Source: a cyanobacterium endosymbiont of Braarudosphaera bigelowii
GTDB lineage: Bacteria; Cyanobacteriota; Cyanobacteriia; Cyanobacteriales; Microcystaceae
Assembly (NCBI RefSeq): GCF_020885515.1
Contig: NZ_AP024987.1
Coordinates: 720,001 to 752,000 of the forward strand
Length of the DNA stretch: 32,000 nucleotides
Direction of reading: 5' to 3'
Shown here: in pieces, positions 20,305-28,693 of the stretch
Position numbering within the stretch: the stretch's first letter is position 1
Layout: each line of letters opens with the position of its first letter
Program-made: the position numbers and the translations under genes
The notes under the pieces: model-generated
What the model saw: the letters and a program-made list of their open reading frames with translations, nothing else
The model's database searches: none
Told to the model about the DNA's origin: nothing

Positions 20305-21812
20305 CTATCAAGGTAATTTGTAGACTTACTACAAATTACCTTGATAGTTTTTAAATCTTTATTGCTACATCCAGTAATTATTCCTCCTTGTTGTTTAATT
20401 TTTAGCAAATATTCAATTGCTTCACTAGTAATAACTTCTCCTGGCATTATTGTAGGTATTCCTGGTGGATAAGGACACAACATTTCTCCACTTATTAATC
20501 CAATACTCTTTTCAATGAAAACAATTTTTTTAGATGCGAAAAAAGCATCTCTAGGAGATATACTTAGAGATGAAAAAAATTTTAGATTACAAGATGAAGA
20601 AGGTATCACTATTCCTGAGGATGAGGAATGTATTATTTTCTTAAGTTTTAGAAAAGCTTTTACTAATGCTGTTATGTCTTCTTCAGTATTCCCTATTGAA
20701 ATAATAAAAGTTAGAGACGATAACATAGGTAGCTCTGCCGTAACGTTTAATTTTGTTCTCAAAATTTTATCTACCTGCCAACCACTAACTCCCAGAGAAG
20801 AAATATCAACTGTTAATCTAGTTATATCTAGATCATAAAATTCTGGCTTTTTCTCTACTAAGCTTAAGGTAGAGAATCCATCGATATCATCAATCTTATT
20901 TCTTGATAGCTTCGACAATTTTATAGTTTTGTTCAATAGTTTCTGACCATCAATGACAATCTGTTGTCTTGCTCCATCTAAAGATGCTAATAGTAAACTA
21001 CTAGGACTGCTAGATTGTATAAATTGTAAAGTTTGATTGATTCTATGCTCATCGATGAGATTACCTTGTATATGTAACATAGAGGCTTGTGTCATTGCGC
21101 TCAAAACTTTATGTGTAGATTGAACGCTTAAATCAGCTCCTGCTGATAATGCTGAAGAAGGTAATATTTCGTGGAATTGAAAATGTGCTCCATGTGCTTC
21201 ATCTACCAATAAGGGAATATTATAAGAATGAGTAATTTTGACTATTTCTGAAATATTTCCACAAATGCCATGATAAGTAGGATGAATTATTAAAACTGCT
21301 TTAATATTATGATATTTTTCTAACGTTGCTTCTAAGATGCTTGGTGTAATATTTAGAGGCAAATTCCATTTGGAGTCACATTTAGGATACAAGAAAATAG
21401 GAACCGCTCCAGACATGATTAAACCGGTAGTGATTGAATGATGAATATTTCTCGGTACAATGATTTTATCACCCGGATTACAGACAGCTAGAATTGCGGC
21501 GACTATACCACAACTTGAACCATTAATCAAAAACCAAGTTCTTCTAGCCCCAAAAGCTTCTGCTGCAAGATTTTGAGCCTTCTCAATAGCTTCGTCAGGA
21601 ATAAATAAATTACCTAGCTCTGGTAACTCTGGTAAATCTGACTGAAATACCTTTTTTCCCAATAAAGATGACAATGATGAATTGATCCCTTGACCACGTT
21701 TGTGACCAGGGGCATAAAAAGCTGCATCTTGTTGTTTCTTGAGAATATTTAAGATATCAATCAAGGGAGCTGTATTTTGATAATGAGAATAAACTTTTTT
21801 TGGTGGTGTCAT
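20301..21812 (-). CDS. PLP-dependent Orn/Lys/Arg decarboxylase family protein (arginine/lysine decarboxylase-like), 503 aa
   Basis: PLP-lysine motif SVQSTHKVLSAMTQASMLH and a fold-type-I aminotransferase-like major domain, followed by the C-terminal decarboxylase domain (PYPPGIP). Confidence 0.85.
   Translation of the reverse strand: MTPPKKVYSHYQNTAPLIDILNILKKQQDAAFYAPGHKRGQGINSSLSSLLGKKVFQSDLPELPELGNLFIPDEAIEKAQNLAAEAFGARRTWFLINGSSCGIVAAILAVCNPGDKIIVPRNIHHSITTGLIMSGAVPIFLYPKCDSKWNLPLNITPSILEATLEKYHNIKAVLIIHPTYHGICGNISEIVKITHSYNIPLLVDEAHGAHFQFHEILPSSALSAGADLSVQSTHKVLSAMTQASMLHIQGNLIDEHRINQTLQFIQSSSPSSLLLASLDGARQQIVIDGQKLLNKTIKLSKLSRNKIDDIDGFSTLSLVEKKPEFYDLDITRLTVDISSLGVSGWQVDKILRTKLNVTAELPMLSSLTFIISIGNTEEDITALVKAFLKLKKIIHSSSSGIVIPSSSCNLKFFSSLSISPRDAFFASKKIVFIEKSIGLISGEMLCPYPPGIPTIMPGEVITSEAIEYLLKIKQQGGIITGCSNKDLKTIKVICSKSTNYLDS
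20303..20349 (+). terminator. Perfect 21-bp stem, 5-nt loop, followed by TTTT: intrinsic terminator for the DUF3318-like gene, embedded in the last ~15 codons of the convergent decarboxylase gene
   Basis: Positions 20303-20323 pair perfectly with 20329-20349 (loop actta). The T-run starts within the 3' arm and extends past it. The stem begins inside the + strand stop codon (20302-20304). Confidence 0.65.
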
Positions 21813-22395
21813 TTACCTATTATAAGAATAAGAAACAATAAATCCAGTAATCAAAAAATATTCAAAAGCTTACAACTAACTGTTGAGGCTAGCAAAATTT
21901 AATTTTATCTTTGTTTTTAATATTTGCTTATAAAAAATAGTATATAAAATAATATTTTATATTTTTCCTCTATTTAGTATTTTGGAAATATTTTATTATT
22001 TAAAATAATTTGCTAAAAATTATTTTAAATAATTTCAGATAATTATTAATCTTTTAACTCTTTATTTTTATTATTAAAAAATATATTATTGTCTAATAAA
22101 ATATTTTGTACATATTAAAATAGCATGCTTTTAAAGAGATTTAACATTACTAATTCATAGTAAATCTTCTCAAATGACTTTGTCTGTAAAGTAAATTAAT
22201 TTTAAATATAATTTTTTATCAAATTTAATTGTAAAAATTAGAACAGTTAAAAACTAACAATAATCTTTTATAATTAGAAATTATTTTTGTATCTAAAACT
22301 AAAATATTTGTTGAGAAATAAGAAATATAAAAGAAAAATTAGAATACAAGAAAGCAAAAACCGAACATAATAGAGCCTTTGTTCCAGTTAAGCTT

Positions 22396-22424
22396 TTTAC
22401 TTAAAACAACCCTTCTTTTATAAT
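22396..22424 (+). promoter_or_regulatory. Sigma-70-type promoter candidate for ndhN: -35 TTTACT (22396-22401), 17-nt spacer, -10 TATAAT (22419-22424)
   Basis: Consensus -10 hexamer 40 nt upstream of the ndhN ATG, with a 4/6 -35 match at optimal spacing. Caveat: TATAAT-like strings are common in AT-rich DNA. Confidence 0.35.
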
Positions 22425-22463
22425 CAAATAAAGGCTTATTAGATTCAACTCTTTATTAATAAC

Positions 22464-22940
22464 ATGGCACTGCTTACTACAGGGAAAGGTTTTATTCGTG
22501 ACTTAGAAAAGTCAGGTGCACTTGGAATATTCACTCCTTTGGAGGGAGGATCAGAGGGGCGTTATCAAAGACGTCTACGACTCAACGGATATGAAAGTTT
22601 TTCTTTTACTGCAAAAGGACTTGGAGATATAGAAGCTTATCTTACAAAAGTTCATGGAGTATCTACTCCTCATTTAGGTAAAAAAAACATTGGTCAACAA
22701 GCTGCAGTAGGTCCAATATGTTTTGTTCCTCCAATTGCTACCTATAGACTGGACAACTTACCTTCAGAATGTAAAGGATTAATTTTATGGATTGTAGAAG
22801 GTCATGTCTTTTCTAGAGATGAATTAGAGTATTTAATAAACTTACCTCATCAAGAACCTCGAATTAAAATCGTTGTTGAACTAGGAGGTGAACGTTATTT
22901 TCGCTGGGAATCTTTAGAAAAGATTGTTCAGACAGCTTAA
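22464..22940 (+). CDS. ndhN: NAD(P)H-quinone oxidoreductase (NDH-1) subunit N
   Basis: Full-length resemblance to cyanobacterial NdhN (MALLTTGKGFIRDLEKSGALG...PLEGG.EGRYQRRLR..GY...AKGLGD...HG...PHLGKK). Confidence 0.92.
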   Translation: MALLTTGKGFIRDLEKSGALGIFTPLEGGSEGRYQRRLRLNGYESFSFTAKGLGDIEAYLTKVHGVSTPHLGKKNIGQQAAVGPICFVPPIATYRLDNLPSECKGLILWIVEGHVFSRDELEYLINLPHQEPRIKIVVELGGERYFRWESLEKIVQTA

Positions 22941-22948
22941 TAAATATT

Positions 22949-22990
22949 AAGGAATTGCAATTTTTTAGTTATCCGAGAATGCAATTCCTT
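22949..22990 (+). other. 11-bp inverted repeat (aaggaattgca / tgcaattcctt) with a 20-nt loop just after the ndhN stop
   Basis: Positions 22949-22959 pair with 22980-22990. The stem has four G:C pairs. Confidence 0.35.
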
Positions 22991-23079
22991 GACCACATTG
23001 TTAAAAATTGACTCTTAAAAACTTTAAAGAACTACTATATTAAATAATAAACGTTTAATTATTCAATACCAATACTGTT

Positions 23080-23112
23080 TAGAAAAATATCTAATGATCA
23101 GATATTTTTCTA
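23080..23112. terminator. 13-bp perfect hairpin (7-nt loop) between the convergent ndhN and recR genes; T-rich tail on the + strand
   Basis: Positions 23080-23092 (tagaaaaatatct) pair with 23100-23112, followed by ttgttt. It lies 31 nt beyond the recR stop. Confidence 0.5.
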
Positions 23113-23142
23113 TTGTTTACTTCACATAATTCTCTAATTTTA

Positions 23143-23736
23143 TTAATTTAATTCTTGTCGCCCAGCTAAAGCTCTTGCCAAAGTTATTTCGTCTGTATAT
23201 TCTAAGTCTCCGCCTACAGGTAAACCGAAAGCAATACGCGTCACTTTTGTAAAAGCTTTAAGTACCTGACAAAGATATAAAGTCATAGTTTCCCCTTCAA
23301 CTGTTGGACTAATCGCTAAAATTACTTCTTCTATATTTTCCTGAGATACACGTTTCACTAGTGGTGCAATATTTAGCTGTTCTGGTCCAATACCATCTAT
23401 AGGAGACATAATTCCTCCTAATACATGATACATTCCTTTATATTCTCTAGTTTTTTCTAGAGCAATAATATCTCGGGATTCAGCCACAACACAAATAAGC
23501 CCTGAATTTCGGTTTGTATTACTACAAATATCACAAATAGGTTGTTCTGAAAAATGAAAACATTTTATACATAAACCTATACGTTGCTTCGCATTTATTA
23601 AAGCTTTAGCAAGAGCTTGAACTTCAGATTCAGGTAGTTTGAGAATATAAAAAGCTAATCTTTGTGCTGTTTTTGGACCAATTCCTGGTAAACGTTGCAA
23701 TTTTTCAATTAAACGAGCTAGAGGAGGTGTGAAAAT
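23143..23736 (-). CDS. recR: Recombination protein RecR. I extend the N-terminus to an ATT codon at 23736; the track ORF starts at the TTG at 23700.
   Basis: HhH motif [15 protein letters not shown]4 zinc finger [16 protein letters not shown], and Toprim region [16 protein letters not shown]. The conserved [10 protein letters not shown] is encoded in-frame upstream of the TTG, and a GGGAG lies 9 nt upstream of the ATT. Confidence 0.9.
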   Translation of the reverse strand: MFTPPLARLIEKLQRLPGIGPKTAQRLAFYILKLPESEVQALAKALINAKQRIGLCIKCFHFSEQPICDICSNTNRNSGLICVVAESRDIIALEKTREYKGMYHVLGGIMSPIDGIGPEQLNIAPLVKRVSQENIEEVILAISPTVEGETMTLYLCQVLKAFTKVTRIAFGLPVGGDLEYTDEITLARALAGRQELN

Positions 23737-23830
23737 AAGAAATAACTCCCAACTTAATAAATTATATATACATATATGAAGCCCTAAGATAGCTGATGAT
23801 AGAATTGAACTATCGTAAATTATTATTCTA

Positions 23831-24583
23831 CTAATTTAAATTTTTAATCTTATCAGCTTTAATGTCCAATTTTGTATTTCCTTTTGTATATTGATTCTCA
23901 TCATTAATTAGTTTAATAGGTCTTTTATAACGAGGTATTTTTTGTGTTGGTACTTCAAGATCTTTATCCCATCCCCAGCAGTTTCGTGAAGGAATAAATT
24001 TGAAAATTCCTTGAATAAACCAACGAGGAGGCATTTTATTTTTTGAAATTTTAGGATTAAATCTAAAAGGTACTGCCTCATCTTCTCGTCTCATCAGGAC
24101 TGGAAGATGAGATGCCTTAAATTTTCCTTTAGGATCGTGAGCATTCTCATTTCGATATACAGAAATAACCGGAGTTCGAATCTGTGGAACAAATTGCCAA
24201 ACTCCTTTAAATTTGAACATTCCTGGTTCTTCTCCCCAAGAATTTTGTTCTTCCCAAGCAGCAACTTGAAAATAAATTTGAGGTTCTTTACGAGGTATCA
24301 TCAGGAACTTAGGATAAACACGCAAAAATAATGTTTGGTCATGATTGGAAGATATTTGCTTAAGCCAAGCTTGGTATTTATAACCAGCAATAAATAACTT
24401 ATAACATTTTTCTCCTAAACGAATAAAAAAATGACCTTCTTCATCTTGTTCAGGCTTCCCTTTAAGGGTTCCAATAGCTTGAAAAAGGATAGGATTTTCT
24501 TTAACTTCAAGTTTAGGTACTGAAGTTTCTTTAGATTTAGTAGGTTTTGAGATCCCAGCAGCAAGTTCTTCAGGGACGGACAT
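23831..24583 (-). CDS. Conserved hypothetical protein, basic and Trp/Lys-rich (250 aa from the ATG at 24583; the track ORF starts 15 nt upstream at a TTG)
   Basis: Long intact ORF with coding-like composition. A GGGA lies 9 nt upstream of ATG 24583, and the TTG overlaps that SD-like element. Motifs such as [20 protein letters not shown] and PFRFNPK resemble a cyanobacteria-wide hypothetical family whose name I cannot recall. Confidence 0.6.
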   Translation of the reverse strand: MSVPEELAAGISKPTKSKETSVPKLEVKENPILFQAIGTLKGKPEQDEEGHFFIRLGEKCYKLFIAGYKYQAWLKQISSNHDQTLFLRVYPKFLMIPRKEPQIYFQVAAWEEQNSWGEEPGMFKFKGVWQFVPQIRTPVISVYRNENAHDPKGKFKASHLPVLMRREDEAVPFRFNPKISKNKMPPRWFIQGIFKFIPSRNCWGWDKDLEVPTQKIPRYKRPIKLINDENQYTKGNTKLDIKADKIKNLN

Positions 24584-25421
24584 TTTTACGTTTCCCAATA
24601 GTTTTTTGTGATTTATCTAGCTAAATTTATCTAAATAATAAACTCCCAGATACAATAAGTCTAGGGGTGTTATAGTTATAGCCTTTGCCATAATTATTCT
24701 ACACAAATCGTTTAAAAAAGTGCTCTAACTAAAGAATGCATTTAGGTTTAATAAGAGCTAAAGGTAAAAAATGTTCTTTTTTAAGTTACAGACGTCCAAA
24801 AAATAGATTAAAGTAAACATTAAGTACTAACTGTGAAGTTAAGTTTGCCTATTAATAATACGAATTTTGAAAAATTAAATAAACGAATTAGAACTAAGCT
24901 TTATACTAGATATCACACGCTGATATTTATAAAGTAAAATAGTATAGTTAGGTGAACTACTGAAAATGGTAAGATCAAAGAATTTTGAAGTATGATTTGT
25001 CCAAGAGACTTTAAATCGTTAGCAAAAAATATTTGCCATACTTAAAATAAGTACCCCTGCACAATTTAGTTATGTTTATCTAAGTATAAATATATGCGCA
25101 AATAATATTAAAAGTGTGTAGTACAATGTTAAAGATATATTGATTTTACAACTTTCAAATTTCTTAGAATAATATTTTTCGTTAAGGATTTTCAGAAACT
25201 AAATCATAAACTAAATGAAAATAAAAATTTGAATATTTCATATATAGTATCTAAGAAATTATATTTTTTGTTATTTATAATAATTGTTTAATAAAGTTGT
25301 ATCACAGATTCAATATAAAGAATATTAAGAGTTGCTTAACATAAAATTTGTATATACAGTTTTTCAATTGAACTATTTGTTATAGTCCATTAAGTTAAAT
25401 TCACTATTTACTAACTGATAT

Positions 25422-25967
25422 ATGTTTAATATAAAACTTTTACAACCTGATTTAATTCTAGGTGATACAGTTCTTGGTTTGACACAGGAAGTGCTTGATC
25501 AGTATAAAATCAAAGGACTAATTTTAGATGTTGATGAAACTTTAGTTCCTCTGAAAAAATCTTCTGTTTCAGAAGAACTAATATATTGGATAAACCACAT
25601 TAAAATAAGAACTCCTATCTGGTTAGTTAGTAATAATCTTAGTAAAAATCGTATTAGTTATATTGCTGATACATTAGACTTACCTTATCTATTAGGAGCT
25701 GTTAAACCATCTAGAAGAAAACTTCGCAAGGCAATTAGTGCAATGAATTTACCAGTAACGCAAGTTGCTATGGTAGGTGACAGACTGTTTACAGATGTTT
25801 TGGCCGGAAATCGTTTGGGAATGTTTACGATTTTAGTAAATCCTATTATTACTAGTAAGTCTCATCCTATTCAAGATTTAGAAGTTTGGATATCTCAAAA
25901 ATTAGGAGTATCTTTTACATCTTCAGAATATAAGTTTGTGAAGAAGACCAGGAAAACTAATCATTGA
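25422..25967 (+). CDS. YqeG-family HAD-IIIA phosphatase
   Basis: HAD motif I LILDVDETL (DxDxT), motif II VSNN, and motif IV GDRLFTDVLAGN. The 181-aa size is typical of TIGR01668-type proteins. Confidence 0.8.
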   Translation: MFNIKLLQPDLILGDTVLGLTQEVLDQYKIKGLILDVDETLVPLKKSSVSEELIYWINHIKIRTPIWLVSNNLSKNRISYIADTLDLPYLLGAVKPSRRKLRKAISAMNLPVTQVAMVGDRLFTDVLAGNRLGMFTILVNPIITSKSHPIQDLEVWISQKLGVSFTSSEYKFVKKTRKTNH

Positions 25968-26110
25968 GGATTAAATAGAATTTTAAATTAATTTAATGTT
26001 TGATAAATTTTAAACTCTTTTGTCATACACTAGAGCTATATTTTAATAAAGGTTTATGAGCTTATTTAGAATAATTTCATCTTTAAATTAACCTTATAAA
26101 ATCTCTAGCG

Positions 26111-27751
26111 ATGAATAATAATATTTTATTTTGCATTGAAGAATTATCTATTCAGTATCCTAATAGCAATACTCGAACAGTAAATGATATTTCTTTTAAC
26201 TTATATGAAGGAGAAAGAATTGGACTGATAGGAGAATCTGGATCTGGTAAATCAACTATAGGAAAAGCTATGTTGAATCTCTTACCAGATATGACTAAGA
26301 TTGAAGGAACTATTAAATTTCGGAATAAATCAATTTTTAGTTTGAACTCTAAGCAGCTAAGACATTTAAGGGGAGAGTTAGTTGGCTTGGTTTTTCAAGA
26401 TCCTATGAGTCGTTTTAATCCAATAATGACTATTGGTGAACATTGTATTGAAACTTTACAAGTTCATAATTATAAGATATCTTACCAAGCCGCAAAAAAA
26501 ATTGCTATAGATATTTTAGCAAAAGTAAAAGTTAATCTTATTTGCTGGAAACAATATCCCCATGAGCTAAGTGGAGGAATGCGACAAAGAGTAGCTATAG
26601 CAATGGTCTTATTACTAAATCCTAAAATCATAATTGCTGATGAACCGACAACTGCTCTAGATGCTACCGTGGCTAATGAGATATTAGAGGAATTAGTTTA
26701 TTTATGTCAAGAAAGAAATATGGGACTATTACTAATCTCTCATAACTTAGCTATGGTAAGTAAGTATTGCAATCGTTTAGCCATCATGAAAGATGGCAAG
26801 TTATTAGAAATAGGAAAAATATCAAATATATTAAATCACCCTCAGCATGATTATACAAAGTCATTGTTAAAAATAGCTTTACATACACAAAGAGAAGAAA
26901 ACTATATAAGTATCGAAGTTGATAAACAAAATAAAATAGAAATAAAGCCTTTACTAGCCATTAAAAATTTAAAACAGCACTTTATCGTAGATCAAAATTT
27001 AATTCAAAGTTTTTTCTTAAAAAAAACGCAAACTATTAAAGCTGTGGATAACATCAGCCTTCAGGTTTTTCCTGGAGATTCTCTAGGATTAATAGGTGAA
27101 TCTGGTTGTGGTAAAAGTACATTGTCTAGAACTATATTGCAGTTACTAAAAGCTACATCGGGAAATATTAACTTTAGGGGACAAGATTTAACGCAGCTTT
27201 CTAGCAAAGAAATGCGTTTTCAACGACGTCACTTACAAATGATTTTTCAAGATCCGCAGGCTTCTCTAAACCCTTTGATGACAATTGGAGAAAGTATTTC
27301 TGAACCTTTAATCATTCATAATCTAGCGACTAAAAAGCAAGCACAGAATCAAGCATATGAAATGTTGGAGATAGTAAAATTAAGTCCAGCAAATTATTAT
27401 TATTATCGTTATCCTGAAGAGCTCTCAGGAGGACAGCAGCAGAGAGTTGCTATTGCTAGAGCACTTATTACAAAACCTAGTTTAGTTATTTGCGACGAGC
27501 CTGTCAGTATGCTTGATGTCTGTGTTCAAGAGCAAATACTTAATTTAATGTCTGAATTGAAAGATGAATTTAAACTAACATATCTTTTCATAACACACGA
27601 TCTATTGGTTGCCCGTTCTTTTTGTAATAAAATAGCTGTTATGAAACAGGGTAAAATACTAGAAATAAATGATACTAAAAATATTTTTAGGTATCCTAAG
27701 CATCCTTATACAGTAAAGCTCTTAAAATCTATACCTCTATTATTATCATAA
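26111..27751 (+). CDS. ABC transporter ATP-binding protein with two fused ATPase domains (Dpp/Opp/nickel D-F type)
   Basis: There are two complete motif sets: Walker A (GESGSGKST / GESGCGKST), ABC signature (LSGGMRQR / LSGGQQQR) and Walker B (IIIADEPTTALD / LVICDEPVSMLD). Confidence 0.88.
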   Translation: MNNNILFCIEELSIQYPNSNTRTVNDISFNLYEGERIGLIGESGSGKSTIGKAMLNLLPDMTKIEGTIKFRNKSIFSLNSKQLRHLRGELVGLVFQDPMSRFNPIMTIGEHCIETLQVHNYKISYQAAKKIAIDILAKVKVNLICWKQYPHELSGGMRQRVAIAMVLLLNPKIIIADEPTTALDATVANEILEELVYLCQERNMGLLLISHNLAMVSKYCNRLAIMKDGKLLEIGKISNILNHPQHDYTKSLLKIALHTQREENYISIEVDKQNKIEIKPLLAIKNLKQHFIVDQNLIQSFFLKKTQTIKAVDNISLQVFPGDSLGLIGESGCGKSTLSRTILQLLKATSGNINFRGQDLTQLSSKEMRFQRRHLQMIFQDPQASLNPLMTIGESISEPLIIHNLATKKQAQNQAYEMLEIVKLSPANYYYYRYPEELSGGQQQRVAIARALITKPSLVICDEPVSMLDVCVQEQILNLMSELKDEFKLTYLFITHDLLVARSFCNKIAVMKQGKILEINDTKNIFRYPKHPYTVKLLKSIPLLLS

Positions 27752-27985
27752 AAAATTACTATCTTTATTGACTTTTCTCAGCTCATATTAGCAGTAATTT
27801 TTAATAAATGAAGTATTGATTTCAGCAGACATTACATTATATGGTTTCTCTTATTATAAATAAAAACCATATAAATGTTTTAGGCTTATATCGTAAATTA
27901 AAGTAAAATCATGAATGTAATTTGTTGCGGCTGTTAGTATCTTATAATTAATTGTTTTGGAGAGTGTATACACTATCTATTGGAA

Positions 27986-28057
27986 GCCACGTATCGGATT
28001 TGAACCGACGGCCCCATCATTACGAGTGATGTGCTCTACCAGCTGAGCTAACGTGGC
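27986..28057 (-). tRNA. tRNA-Thr (anticodon CGU), 72 nt, CCA not encoded
   Basis: The reverse complement GCCACGTTAGCTCAGCTGGTAGAGCACATCACTCGTAATGATGGGGCCGTCGGTTCAAATCCGATACGTGGCT folds as a cloverleaf. The acceptor stem is GCCACGT/ACGTGGC, the anticodon stem CATCA/TGATG, the anticodon loop CTCGTAA, and the T-loop TTCAAAT. Confidence 0.9.
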
Positions 28058-28305
28058 TTAAACATGTATTACTATATCATATTCAAGAAATTAAGCTACT
28101 TAAGAAATATAGATAGTTGTATGAATGTCATAGTTCGTAACTTAATAATAAAAGAATCAAAAACTATTAATGAAGATATATATTATTTGAAATTTGTAGA
28201 TCTAATCACTATATAGATAATTATTGATACATATAAATTCTTTATAAGTATCAATAGATGAGGTTCTCTAAGCCTAAAATTATTGCTGATACGATTAAAT
28301 ATGAG

Positions 28306-28337
28306 GAAAAATAACTTATCATAATTAGTTATTTTTC
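28306..28337 (-). terminator. 11-bp hairpin (gaaaaataact / agttatttttc, 10-nt loop) 45 nt downstream of minE; candidate terminator of the min operon
   Basis: Positions 28306-28316 pair with 28327-28337. On the minus strand the 3' arm ends in TTTTTC. Confidence 0.4.
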
Positions 28338-28381
28338 TACATTAATTGAGATATCTTAGCTTTTATTTTGTTATTTATTTC

Positions 28382-28666
28382 TTAACCAATCTTTGTAGTA
28401 TCTCTTTTTACTCTACGGATAGGAAGATTAGCTATTAAAGCTGTCATTCGCTGGTCGCTTTCTAAAGAAAACTCCATTTGTTCAGAATCAATATCTACAT
28501 AACGTTTTACTACTGCTAATATGTCAGCTCTCATAGCTTCTACCATTTCTGGGTTCAGATCTGCACGATCATGCGCTAGGATAAATTTTAGACGATTTTT
28601 AGCATCATCTCCACTTTTGAGAGAATTTTTCCAGGGAAATATTTTTTCGAGTAAATCAATAATCAT
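28382..28666 (-). CDS. minE: Cell division topological specificity factor MinE
   Basis: 94 aa. The sequence SGDDAKNRLKFILAHDRADL..EMVEAMRADILAVVKRYV is typical of MinE. It lies immediately downstream of minD. Confidence 0.92.
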   Translation of the reverse strand: MIIDLLEKIFPWKNSLKSGDDAKNRLKFILAHDRADLNPEMVEAMRADILAVVKRYVDIDSEQMEFSLESDQRMTALIANLPIRRVKRDTTKIG

Positions 28667-28693
28667 GACTATAATTTAAATATTATAAAACTT

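Noticed and set aside
20515-20838. 107-aa + strand ORF
   Set aside because: It is antisense to the decarboxylase gene.
21990-22045. Near-repeated A/T words (tatttaaaataattt / tattttaaataattt), considered as tandem repeat or CRISPR-like structure
   Set aside because: The copies are imperfect, low-complexity A/T words with no regular repeat-spacer periodicity. No cas genes are present.
21813-22463. AT-rich desert considered as a replication origin
   Set aside because: I found no DnaA-box-like sequences (TTATCCACA / TTTTCCACA or their complements) on visual scan, and dnaA and dnaN are not adjacent.
24107-24331. 74-aa + strand ORF
   Set aside because: It is antisense to the 250-aa hypothetical gene. 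Its translation is Ser/Arg/Phe-rich and of low complexity.
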